Shown in pieces: positions 17,920 to 26,204 of a DNA stretch of 38,772 nt. This DNA is from a virus (taxonomy: Duplodnaviria; Caudoviricetes), in the IMG/VR virus record IMGVR_UViG_3300020043_005834, positions 1 to 38,772 of that record; one strand, 5' to 3'. Position numbers and translations under genes: made by a program. The notes beneath the pieces are model-generated. The model saw only the letters and a list, made by a program, of their open reading frames with translations, was not told where the DNA came from and did no database searches. Numbering within the stretch: the first letter of the stretch is position 1; the number at the start of each line of letters is the position of its first letter.

Positions 17920-18310
17920 AAAAGAAAGCGTCGGTGTCAGGTGGAGTTATTCCAGTGAAGTTTTGTATCTCAAGAATATACTCACTAAACTCTGACTTTG
18001 TTAAATCTGTTGTTGACTTAGTAATCCTTACTTTCTCTCCTAGTACCTCTTTGATTTCTCGTGTTAAGAACTTTCCTTTGCAAAGCGTGTGAACTTCGTC
18101 TTTGGTATACCCTGTTTCGTCTGAAATCATTTGAACGTAGAGCCAGTAGTAGCGGTTTTGTTGCTCGCTTCTTGTTGGTTTTCTTTCGTCTATTATTAGA
18201 CTAAAATCTTTTCCCTCCAGTTGTCCGAGACGTTGTTTGAACAACCCCCGATGATAGTCGGATTTGAATTTTAACGCTTCGTTTTCTGCTTTAACTAGGA
18301 AAGTATCCAT
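17906..18310 (-). CDS. NinB/Orf-like recombination protein
   Basis: RSEQQNRYYW, ETGYTKDEVH, STTDLTKSEFSEYI. Confidence 0.8.
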   Translation of the reverse strand: MDTFLVKAENEALKFKSDYHRGLFKQRLGQLEGKDFSLIIDERKPTRSEQQNRYYWLYVQMISDETGYTKDEVHTLCKGKFLTREIKEVLGEKVRITKSTTDLTKSEFSEYILEIQNFTGITPPDTDAFFYGEN

Positions 18311-18368
18311 ATTGATATTTGTTTTTAATCTGGGGCATTCTAGCCACGTTTCATGCCAGTTTCACAGA

Positions 18369-18578
18369 TTAAATGTCCATTGATTCCTTCTTTTCTCTTG
18401 GTTCGTCTTTAAATACTGCAAACTTTGTTTCTGGGAACATGTGAAGCTCTAGTAAAAAACTTTCTTCTTTATCGCCTTTAGCTGGGAATTTGATAAGTTT
18501 ACCTACTTGTGGGTATGTCTTTTTTTCTTCTCCGTCTTTCTCATAAGTTTTAACTACTGTTACGTTATATTTTTGCAT
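18369..18578 (-). CDS. Small putative ssDNA-binding protein
   Basis: YEKDGEEKKTYPQVG, acidic end, directly after the annealing protein. Confidence 0.55.
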   Translation of the reverse strand: MQKYNVTVVKTYEKDGEEKKTYPQVGKLIKFPAKGDKEESFLLELHMFPETKFAVFKDEPREKKESMDI

Positions 18579-18579
18579 G

Positions 18580-19170
18580 TTATTTTGTTGGGTCTAGCCC
18601 GTCTAATTTTTCATTTATAATAAAGTTTAATTCTTTCTTGTCTTCTTCAGTTAGATTCTTTGATTGGTTTACCCCTTTTGATACTGCTTGAATATCTTCT
18701 ATGTTATTGGCTTGCGATAGAAGTCTCTCTGCTTTCTCTCGTGGAGTTTCTTCTTTTGTGATAGTGCCAACGTCTATGTTGCCTTTGCCTTTGTAAATCT
18801 CTGCACCGATGTTTAAGTAAGAAGCGATTTTAGTTAGTGCGTCAGTTGCTCCCCCTTTTAGTGCGTCTCCCTTGTCGTCGTTTGTACTTCCTCCAAACTG
18901 CTCTAGGTGTATGTTGTGTTCTGGTACTTCTAGGATTCCGAGAACAGATGACATGTACACATTTCTTTCTCCTGTTTTTGTTTTCTGTATTTCTTTATCG
19001 CAAGATATGTATGTAGTTTTGAAATGCCACGCTCCAACTCCGAACACTTCGTTCAATCTTTCTATCACCGCCATTGGGTGTATCACAGACATCTTCTTTT
19101 TTGTTGGGTGTTCTTTAATTGCCCAATCAGGAAGTTTTTTATTGAGCAATGTTATAAGTTCTGTTTTCAT
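18580..19170 (-). CDS. Rad52/Rad22-like (Sak) single-strand annealing protein
   Basis: VIERLNEVFGVGAW, GDALKGGATDALTKIASYLNIGAEIY. Confidence 0.85.
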   Translation of the reverse strand: MKTELITLLNKKLPDWAIKEHPTKKKMSVIHPMAVIERLNEVFGVGAWHFKTTYISCDKEIQKTKTGERNVYMSSVLGILEVPEHNIHLEQFGGSTNDDKGDALKGGATDALTKIASYLNIGAEIYKGKGNIDVGTITKEETPREKAERLLSQANNIEDIQAVSKGVNQSKNLTEEDKKELNFIINEKLDGLDPTK

Positions 19171-19223
19171 ATCTTTTTTTATTAAGGTTTTCTTTCCTCT
19201 CTTTTAATTCTATTAAATAATCT

Positions 19224-19352
19224 TTAAACTTTGCCATGATATTTTTCTTTTAAATCTTCTACTAACATTTCGACCGTTGGTATAAACCCCTGTTCTTTTT
19301 TTTCTTTATCGTATTGTTCAAGTAATTTAATTATGTCTTGTAAAAAATTCAT
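19224..19352 (-). CDS. Hypothetical 42 aa protein (MNFLQDIIKLL...), not in track
   Basis: Translated by hand; TAA-T-ATG junction. Confidence 0.5.
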   Translation of the reverse strand: MNFLQDIIKLLEQYDKEKKEQGFIPTVEMLVEDLKEKYHGKV

Positions 19353-19353
19353 A

Positions 19354-19476
19354 TTATATTTTCTTAGGCTTATAAACTTTTCCAAACAAACTGTTTACTT
19401 CATCTGTTTTGTTTTCTTCTGAGACAAATGAATCTCTTCTTGTTGCCTCGTAACCTTCTTGTCTTATTTCATTCAT
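19354..19476 (-). CDS. Hypothetical 40 aa protein (MNEIRQEGYE...), not in track
   Basis: Translated by hand; first ORF after a promoter. Confidence 0.5.
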   Translation of the reverse strand: MNEIRQEGYEATRRDSFVSEENKTDEVNSLFGKVYKPKKI

Positions 19477-19505
19477 ATATTTATTAACTAATTTCTAATA
19501 CTGTA

Positions 19506-19552
19506 AGTATACACGAGTAGTGGTCATAGGTCAAGGAGCTATCTGTGGAAAA
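19506..19552 (-). promoter_or_regulatory. Sigma70-type promoter of the recombination operon with DnaA-box-like site
   Basis: TTTTCCACA...TTGACC-N17-TATACT. Confidence 0.7.
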
Positions 19553-19831
19553 CTAAACTTCATTAAAATACTCTTTTCCACAAGCGTAATACTCTCCACC
19601 CTCTATTTGAATTGCGTATCTTTTCCTTTTGTTACCTATTCTTTCTTTTCCTATTATCTTTTTGCCAGCAAAAAAGTTTCTGTCTCTTTTTAATCTTTTC
19701 CATTGGTCTTTGTAATCGCAGGCAGTATATAGACTGGTTTCTTTTTTTGTAAAATCAAAAATTTCTTGGTCGGTTACATATCCGTCTTTTTCCATTTTTT
19801 CATATACATATTTTTTAAGTGATTTTTTCAT
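19553..19831 (-). CDS. Hypothetical basic protein (start MKKSLK)
   Basis: ATGA overlap with upstream gene. Confidence 0.6.
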   Translation of the reverse strand: MKKSLKKYVYEKMEKDGYVTDQEIFDFTKKETSLYTACDYKDQWKRLKRDRNFFAGKKIIGKERIGNKRKRYAIQIEGGEYYACGKEYFNEV

Positions 19832-20103
19832 TTTATTTTTAGTGAGCCAAAAAAACATTTACCAAAGTGTCCTCCTCTATTTTTATAATCTTTACAGGTA
19901 GAAAAAAAAGAATAAAGTTCAAAGTTGTTTTTTAAATGTGAAAGTTTCATTGCGATTCCCTTTCCAGTTACAGGTTTCCACTTTGTGTCTTTTCTTTCTA
20001 AGTTTATTTCATCTACAAAAGATTTTATGATTTCAGCACGCTCACTTCTGATAGTTTTCTCAGGAAGTTTAAAGTCTTTTAATGTGTCGAATATTGTTTG
20101 CAT
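19828..20103 (-). CDS. Hypothetical protein, possibly replication-associated
   Basis: Helical 91 aa ORF at the position where lambdoid-type genomes carry replication genes; function is a guess. Confidence 0.5.
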   Translation of the reverse strand: MQTIFDTLKDFKLPEKTIRSERAEIIKSFVDEINLERKDTKWKPVTGKGIAMKLSHLKNNFELYSFFSTCKDYKNRGGHFGKCFFGSLKIK

Positions 20104-20104
20104 G

Positions 20105-20629
20105 TTATTTTACGATTGTCTCAAAAACAATTCGGTTTGGAAATATTCCATGAGCGATATACACACTACTAAAGGGTGGATTAAGTGAAGGTTTTTGTTC
20201 CTCAAAACTTTTGAAGTAGGCAACTCTTTTATTCATATACATGATTTCAAAATCATTATCTTTAAACATACTAAAACGTTTCTGACTCTCAAACAATCCT
20301 ACTACTCCTACCAACATGGCGAATGGTTTACCTAAGTCAAATAGTTTCTCAAATACTTCCGCCTTTAGTGAGTATGGTGGATTACTGATTATATAATCGT
20401 ATTCCGCTGGTTCATTCAACACGTCAAAGAAGTCTAAGCCAACATCTATGTGAGTTGGTATTACTACGTGTCCATTTTCTTCTAATACTTTCACAAAGTT
20501 GCTTTCTTCTGTATCAAATGGACACCACACTTTGCTGTTTGGTTTCAAGTATTTCAGTAAAGGCTCTATTGCATATCTGGGTGTATAAAATTCATCATTC
20601 CCACTACCTGCTATTTTATCCATTTTCAT
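20105..20629 (-). CDS. Small N6-adenine methyltransferase-like protein
   Basis: DEFYTP, VWCPFD, IISNPPYS catalytic motif. Confidence 0.8.
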   Translation of the reverse strand: MKMDKIAGSGNDEFYTPRYAIEPLLKYLKPNSKVWCPFDTEESNFVKVLEENGHVVIPTHIDVGLDFFDVLNEPAEYDYIISNPPYSLKAEVFEKLFDLGKPFAMLVGVVGLFESQKRFSMFKDNDFEIMYMNKRVAYFKSFEEQKPSLNPPFSSVYIAHGIFPNRIVFETIVK

Positions 20630-20994
20630 ATACTTTATTTTACTACTAGGTTTGTAATGCTCATAGCTTTAGCTGTGGATATTGTATTTTTGAAATAGTT
20701 TTTCATTCCGTTAATACCCTTAACAGAGAAAAGATGATATACACAGATACCTCCTAGACTTCAACGATAGACTGAATCACAACCCCGTGTCAGTTTTGCT
20801 TTTAGGATGAGAATGGTTTTTCACAGTGTCCTCCTTTTGTAGCTCCGAACTAGCGTTTATGTTTAGGCGAGTTATCTTCCGATTAACGGGTTGAAAAAAG
20901 ATTTCAACCAATTCCCGAAAGACAACCCACTTACCATTTATTGTTTATAGAGTAGCGGTAAATCTCTAACTCTTGATATCTGATTTTTAAATAC

Positions 20995-21019
20995 AAAAAA
21001 CTCGCCTATTAAAGCGAGT
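20995..21019 (-). terminator. Intrinsic terminator or attenuator
   Basis: ACTCGC-loop-GCGAGT followed by a T run. Confidence 0.7.
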
Positions 21020-21107
21020 CCTTTGTCCTTTTGCTTACAAAGACAGTAAAAAACCAATTTGTTGCAACTGATATTCTATTGTCTTTGTTCTTTGTAAGCA
21101 TGTACAC

Positions 21108-21146
21108 ATTATACACTATGCAAACATAAGTCAAGCTTGTGGATAA
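21108..21146 (-). promoter_or_regulatory. Promoter with perfect DnaA box
   Basis: TTATCCACA-agc-TTGACT-N15-TATAAT. Confidence 0.65.
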
Positions 21147-21368
21147 CTACGCCAAAAAATGCCCACTAGGTTTAGTCCACTCTGTTTCAATTTCATTAGC
21201 CAGCTTTTGATTCTTTTCTTTATTTTCTTGGTATCTATTTCTGGCACATTCTTTGCATTGTCTTTGAGGTTTTTCTGGTTCGTGTTTAGCGTAAAAATTA
21301 CAGACCTTGCATCTTACAATGCTGTCTTGTTTACTGTAATAATTTCCATCTATTTCTACGTATAACAT
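21147..21368 (-). CDS. Small zinc-binding protein
   Basis: CKVC...CKEC. Confidence 0.6.
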   Translation of the reverse strand: MLYVEIDGNYYSKQDSIVRCKVCNFYAKHEPEKPQRQCKECARNRYQENKEKNQKLANEIETEWTKPSGHFLA

Positions 21369-22155
21369 AATTTATATTTCTAGCCTTTTGTTTATTATTT
21401 CTATGTATTCTGGTTCTTTTTCTATGAGGATGTAGTTGCGGTTTAGATTTTTGCAGGCTACTCCTGTCGTTCCACTTCCTGCACAATTATCTAAAACTAA
21501 ATCTCCTTCGTTGGTGTAGGTTTTTATGAGGTACTCGAATAAGGCTACTGGTTTTTGGGTGGGGTGGAATACATTTTTACCATAGTTATCTTTTGATATT
21601 TCTACTATCGTTGTCGGGAGTTTTTTATCTGCTTCAAACTTATCCGAGTAAATAACCGTTCCGCCAAATCCACCAGCTTCTTTCCTATCTTGTCTATTTT
21701 TTGCTCCATTCCTTACTTTCTGTGGTTTATCTAATTGAGTTTTCTGTGGATTGTATGTCGGTTGTTTCTTGTAGAAAATAACAATATCTTCGTGAACTTT
21801 CATTGGTTGTATATTCCCTTGAACAAAGTTTCCAGCTTTCTTTTTATTCCAAACAATATGAACTTTGAACATATCAGGATTGCTCATCACTAACGCACTT
21901 GTAAAAGGTTGGCTCGCTGTTAAAACTATTGCCCCATTATCCTTTATAATTCTCTTATACTGTTCCCATAGTGGCTCAAAGGGAATAATAGTATCCCATT
22001 TACAAGCAGTCGTTCCATAAGGTAAATCGCAAAGTATCATATCTATACTCTTATCAGGTATATCTTTCATTATTTCTAAACAATCTCCTTGTATAATTTT
22101 ATTCATAATTTATATTTCTAGCCTTTTGTTTATTATTTCTATGTATTCTGGTTCT
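21366..22155. repeat. 52 bp exact direct repeat (21366-21417 = 22104-22155)
   Basis: cataatttatatttctagccttttgtttattatttctatgtattctggttct occurs twice. Confidence 0.95.
21372..22106 (-). CDS. DNA methyltransferase, N4-C/N6-A beta class
   Basis: CDLPYG, HPTQKPVAL, LDNCAGSGTT. Confidence 0.93.
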   Translation of the reverse strand: MNKIIQGDCLEIMKDIPDKSIDMILCDLPYGTTACKWDTIIPFEPLWEQYKRIIKDNGAIVLTASQPFTSALVMSNPDMFKVHIVWNKKKAGNFVQGNIQPMKVHEDIVIFYKKQPTYNPQKTQLDKPQKVRNGAKNRQDRKEAGGFGGTVIYSDKFEADKKLPTTIVEISKDNYGKNVFHPTQKPVALFEYLIKTYTNEGDLVLDNCAGSGTTGVACKNLNRNYILIEKEPEYIEIINKRLEI

Positions 22156-23588
22156 CGTTCTATTCCTATGTACTGTCTGTTGAGTTTTTTGCAGGCGATT
22201 AAGGTTGAGCCAGAGCCTGCAAATGGGTCTAATACTACTGCTCCATCTCTGCTTACAAGTTTAACTAGGTATTCCATAAGGGCTAGTGGTTTAACAGTTG
22301 GGTGATTGTTCTTACTCGGTGCTTTTTCACTTCCATACTTTCCGCTAGCAGAATTAACATCATTTAAATAGTCGCCAATTCCTCCACCTCCGCCCACAGT
22401 TTGTTTCTCCTCCAACTCCTCACATCCTCTATTCCTTTCTTTCTTACTTGCTTTTGCACAATAAAAAAAGCGAGAGGCACTTCCATTATCGTTATACCAA
22501 TCTCTATAACCTTCCAAAGAGGTTTTACTTTCTTGTAAAGATTGACCCCGATATATATGACCATTTGAATTATTATTTTGTGAACTTGCTCCTTTACTAT
22601 TCGGAAACAACCCTACTACCTCATCAGAGCCATCGTGGATTAGATTGGCTGGGAAGCGACCTTGTTTGTTTATAACATCTTTTCTTGCAACCTTATTATT
22701 ATCTCTATGCCAACAATTCCTATCAATATTCTCACTCGGTCTAAATGTATTTTTCCAATCACTATCTCCCTGATATTCAACCCGACAACCATCTATGTTT
22801 ATTCCACCTACTCCCCACTTCAAACAATTACTTGCTACATTTAATCCTTTTTCTAGTGGCTTTCTTGCTACTGTTATTGGCTCTAGTGCTGGTTTAAGAG
22901 CAGTTCCCCAACCTTCCCATTCGGAAGTGCCTTTGGTTACATCTACTGTGCCACCTTTGTATTTCCCATAGATTAAATCGGTGTCTTTACCCATTACTTT
23001 TTTCTGCCCTAAAATTTCACGCTCTACTTCGTCATAAAGTTCATCATATCTGTTATCTAGCCCAATAAATTCCTTTATCTTTTCCCAATGGTGTCTTGGT
23101 GGTAGTCCTCCTCTGTGGTCGGTTCTCGCCCAATAACACGAACTTGCTTTTATGTTTAGGTGCTTATCAATATCGTTGTGGTTGTATTTACTTTCTTCTA
23201 CTATTTTTTTGTATGCTTTTGAAAACTCAATCCAACCATAAGGATTAACTCCTAACTTATCTACCGCCTTACCTATATTCAAAGACTTAGGAAATCCTGA
23301 ACCATATACCCAAGCAATCATGTCTCTAATCTCAAACCCAGCATCTTCAATTCTTACAGCCATTCTGTGTTGAGTTCTAGTGCCTGCAAAAGAAAGTAAA
23401 TAACCTCCTGGCTTTAACACTCTCAGACATTCTTCCCATATCTCTTGGCTGGGCACATCGTAGTCCCACTTCTTACCCATAAAAGAAAGTCCATATGGAG
23501 GGTCAGTAACAACAGCGTCAATAGAATTATCTTCTAAGTCTTTTAATTTTTCTAAGCAATCTCCTTGTATAATTTTATTCATAATTTA
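22081..23588. repeat. 32 bp exact direct repeat (22081-22112 = 23557-23588)
   Basis: caatctccttgtataattttattcataattta occurs twice. Confidence 0.95.
22110..23582 (-). CDS. DNA methyltransferase, N4-C/N6-A beta class, with internal insertions
   Basis: TDPPYG, HPTVKPLALM, LDPFAGSGST. Confidence 0.93.
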   Translation of the reverse strand: MNKIIQGDCLEKLKDLEDNSIDAVVTDPPYGLSFMGKKWDYDVPSQEIWEECLRVLKPGGYLLSFAGTRTQHRMAVRIEDAGFEIRDMIAWVYGSGFPKSLNIGKAVDKLGVNPYGWIEFSKAYKKIVEESKYNHNDIDKHLNIKASSCYWARTDHRGGLPPRHHWEKIKEFIGLDNRYDELYDEVEREILGQKKVMGKDTDLIYGKYKGGTVDVTKGTSEWEGWGTALKPALEPITVARKPLEKGLNVASNCLKWGVGGINIDGCRVEYQGDSDWKNTFRPSENIDRNCWHRDNNKVARKDVINKQGRFPANLIHDGSDEVVGLFPNSKGASSQNNNSNGHIYRGQSLQESKTSLEGYRDWYNDNGSASRFFYCAKASKKERNRGCEELEEKQTVGGGGGIGDYLNDVNSASGKYGSEKAPSKNNHPTVKPLALMEYLVKLVSRDGAVVLDPFAGSGSTLIACKKLNRQYIGIEREPEYIEIINKRLEI

Positions 23589-23649
23589 ATTTTAACATTG
23601 ATTTATTATCTGGCTTGTGGATAACGCAAAACTCCCTATCGAGGGAGTT
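23589..23649 (-). promoter_or_regulatory. Terminator hairpin, then DnaA box and extended -10 before the methyltransferase operon
   Basis: AACTCCCT-CGAT-AGGGAGTTTT, TTATCCACA, TG-t-TAAAAT. Confidence 0.6.
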
Positions 23650-23806
23650 GCTGTCTGCTAGATATGAATGATTTAACCGATTTTTGTCTTCTTAAAAGTT
23701 TTTTTCTGACCTTAGACTTGGTGAGAGTTTGCTTTAGTTCAAAGCAACGAAACATTAAAGTACTACCACTCCAGAACATCCAGACAAAATGTTTAGAGGT
23801 AGTTTA

Positions 23807-23851
23807 ATTATAAAACACAAATCCCTAGTTGCATAGGGATTGTGTGGATAA
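23807..23851 (-). promoter_or_regulatory. DnaA box plus hairpin-embedded promoter
   Basis: TTATCCACA, AATCCCTA/TAGGGATT hairpin, TATGCA-N17-TATAAT. Confidence 0.55.
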
Positions 23852-23872
23852 TCAGGAAAGGTGGCGTTTACA

Positions 23873-24268
23873 TTATACCATTGTTTTGTATTCTTCTAAA
23901 AGTTTTGTGTAGTGGTCGATTGCCTTTACAGAAACTTGTCTGTCTTTTTCTAACTGTTCCATAAATTCTGCTCCATTTTCTTTTAGCATGCGTGCATAAA
24001 ATTCCGCCCCTCTACCTCCACAATTTACGTTGCAAAAATAGCACTGTGGTCGGAGTATTCTTAAATCATATTTTAGATTAGCCCCTATTGAAGCTTTCGC
24101 CCACATATGCCCTGTATGCCAATTAGAACCGCTCAAATCTCCTTTATGGCATGTATAACAAACATTCCCGTATTTGGTGCGTGTTATCTGTTTGCAAAGT
24201 TCCCAAATCTCATCTTGGATTTTACGGATAGGGGATTTACTTTTTCTTTTTAAAGAAGTTTTTCTCAC
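23873..24268 (-). CDS. NinG/Rap-like endonuclease
   Basis: CYTC, HTGH, LKYDLRILRPQCYFCN. Confidence 0.8.
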   Translation of the reverse strand: MRKTSLKRKSKSPIRKIQDEIWELCKQITRTKYGNVCYTCHKGDLSGSNWHTGHMWAKASIGANLKYDLRILRPQCYFCNVNCGGRGAEFYARMLKENGAEFMEQLEKDRQVSVKAIDHYTKLLEEYKTMV

Positions 24269-24392
24269 AACTTATTATTACTCTTATTAACTTTTCTCCT
24301 TTACATAACATTACATCTTTATCAGAGTAGATTTCGTTAGCGTTTAGTTTGTTGTTTTTTAAAATAGCATAAGCTTTTATTGAACGTACCAT
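24237..24392 (-). CDS. Hypothetical 51 aa protein (MVRSIKAYAIL...), not in track
   Basis: Translated by hand; ATG just after TG-a-TATAAT, so possibly near-leaderless. Confidence 0.5.
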   Translation of the reverse strand: MVRSIKAYAILKNNKLNANEIYSDKDVMLCKGEKLIRVIISCEKNFFKKKK

Positions 24393-24406
24393 AAATAAAT
24401 TATATC

Positions 24407-24446
24407 AAAAGAAAAGAAATCCCCACAATTCTGGTAGTGGGGATTT
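24407..24446 (-). terminator. Intrinsic terminator directly followed by an extended -10
   Basis: AAATCCCCAC/GTGGGGATTT stem, T-rich tail, TATAAT at 24399-24404. Confidence 0.7.
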
Positions 24447-24475
24447 AGTCTAGGAAGTAGCCGAGGTCTTTGTTC

Positions 24476-25087
24476 TTAAAATGGACTATACTCTCCAAAA
24501 AATAATTTACTTGCTTTTATGTACGCATTTCTGGCTTCATCTTCACTGTCAAATCTTCCCAAATGTTTTGTTTTGCCGTTTAATCTAATATGGGAAATAT
24601 ATTTCTTTCTTGAATTATCAAAAGAAAAACCCTTACAATACCTGTTGTACATATTTTGCTTGAATGTTGCGAATCTTAGATTTTCTCGCCTATTATCTAA
24701 TTTGTCCCTATTTATGTGGTCTACTACACAACCATCCTTTTTACCCAATAAGTAGCTCGCAACATTGATTCTATTTCTTTTATCATAAAAATAAACATAT
24801 CTTGATACCGTAAAAACCCTACTACTAACAAAATCAATATCAGATAATGAAAATTTTAATTCAAATATTTTATTTCCCTGTGTTTTTGTGATGTAAATTA
24901 CTTCGTCTTCAATACGCATATCCTGTTTAGTAATTCTTGATTTCCTTTCTTTGTAAATCCTTTTTTTATTTCTTATAGACAAACCATAACAACTACTACA
25001 ACAATATCTCTTAGTTTCAAAATATTTATAACTATCTCTTAATCTTTTTTTAAACAAAGTTCCACAAACTAAACAATTTTTTTCCAT
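24476..25087 (-). CDS. HNH endonuclease with C-terminal AP2-like domain (homing-endonuclease type)
   Basis: VDHINRDKLDNRRENLR, KHLGRFDSEDEARNAY, N-terminal CxxC...CxxxC. Confidence 0.9.
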   Translation of the reverse strand: MEKNCLVCGTLFKKRLRDSYKYFETKRYCCSSCYGLSIRNKKRIYKERKSRITKQDMRIEDEVIYITKTQGNKIFELKFSLSDIDFVSSRVFTVSRYVYFYDKRNRINVASYLLGKKDGCVVDHINRDKLDNRRENLRFATFKQNMYNRYCKGFSFDNSRKKYISHIRLNGKTKHLGRFDSEDEARNAYIKASKLFFGEYSPF

Positions 25088-25157
25088 ATCTATAAATCAA
25101 AAATGTGCATACGCTTGGTAGAATATGCACACGTTCGATACCAAGCTAATAATACTT

Positions 25158-25194
25158 ATTATATAATAAACCCTTGCGATGTGCAAGGGTTTAT
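25158..25194 (-). promoter_or_regulatory. Hairpin-embedded promoter
   Basis: ATAAACCCTTGC/GCAAGGGTTTAT 12 bp stem; TTGCAC-N17-TATAAT. Confidence 0.6.
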
Positions 25195-25565
25195 ATTCTG
25201 TAGCCTAAATCTTTACCGCTTGATACGAGCATGTTCCAGTCAGCTATCAAGAGCTGGTCGTAGGAAACTTTCAAGTAGGTGAAGATTTGTTTGTTCCTGT
25301 CAGTTGGGTCTTCGCCAAGCGACAAACCACAGCCGACAATGCAACACACTCTACTGATGGCGATGTTTTTATCATCGAGTATCTTGTAGGGTGCAACGAG
25401 GTGCGGAGTAAAGCCTTTGTTCTCTTTCGGGACATGTATCTCTACTGCTCGCAGGTGAAATCCAGTTTCACCGCAAACAATAAATTGCAATCCAGAAAAA
25501 GGTCGATTGGCTTTGAAACACCTCTCGCAGAACATCTGACGGGTCAAAACCGATTCGTCTTTCAT
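25191..25565 (-). CDS. Cys-rich hypothetical protein
   Basis: CERC, C....H, CC...C; last gene of a coupled GC-rich operon. Confidence 0.6.
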   Translation of the reverse strand: MKDESVLTRQMFCERCFKANRPFSGLQFIVCGETGFHLRAVEIHVPKENKGFTPHLVAPYKILDDKNIAISRVCCIVGCGLSLGEDPTDRNKQIFTYLKVSYDQLLIADWNMLVSSGKDLGYRI

Positions 25566-25654
25566 CTGGGGGGCTTTTTAGGGTTTCCGAAAACAAGTTT
25601 CGACACAGCCAACGAAGCGAAGACTGCGAAGATTAGCCAGAGGAGGATTGCCAT
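25562..25654 (-). CDS. 30 aa single-pass membrane peptide MAILLWLIFAVFASLAVSKLVFGNPKKPPR, not in track
   Basis: Translated by hand; TGA-C-ATG upstream and ATGA overlap downstream. Confidence 0.65.
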   Translation of the reverse strand: MAILLWLIFAVFASLAVSKLVFGNPKKPPR

Positions 25655-25655
25655 G

Positions 25656-25871
25656 TCAGCGTTGTTCAAAGGTTAGTTTAACGTTTGGTGGAAGCCAAAC
25701 GCTGTTAAGCTCGGCAATGATACTTTCAACGTCCCTATTAGCGAATAGAGCGTGCCAGTGTGCGTGCCGTTGCTTGCTTACTCGGACAAGATTCCCTTCT
25801 GGGTACGAGTCCGTTCCACCCCTGCTCTGAGGCAATCGGTGGTGATAGTCAAACTTCTTTTTCTTTTTCAT
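25656..25871 (-). CDS. Minimal HNH-like nuclease
   Basis: HHRLPQSRGG...NLVRV...HAHWH. Confidence 0.7.
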   Translation of the reverse strand: MKKKKKFDYHHRLPQSRGGTDSYPEGNLVRVSKQRHAHWHALFANRDVESIIAELNSVWLPPNVKLTFEQR

Positions 25872-26077
25872 AGCTTCACAACTGGTGGAAACAAACCGAG
25901 CTGGTCAGGGTCTTCGGCAACAGGGTCGCTGTCCCAAAATATCTCAACTGGAAAGCTACATGCTTCACAGTAGAGGATTGCCTTGAACTTTGTGCGTCGT
26001 GTTCCGACAGTTGTGATTGCAATGCCAATTTGTGTTCGGCATTGTTTACAGACGTGATTGTCGTGATGCGTTTTCAT
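25868..26077 (-). CDS. Zinc-ribbon protein
   Basis: CKQC...CEAC. Confidence 0.6.
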   Translation of the reverse strand: MKTHHDNHVCKQCRTQIGIAITTVGTRRTKFKAILYCEACSFPVEIFWDSDPVAEDPDQLGLFPPVVKL

Positions 26078-26204
26078 TTTGAAAGGGCTTTTGTCTTAAT
26101 TGTATCATTCTATGCAAAAAAAGTTATTAACAGTTTGTCAATATTTACATTTACACAATTTAATTGCGTGCGATAATTAAGGTGCTACTAATTCTAGTGA
26201 TATA

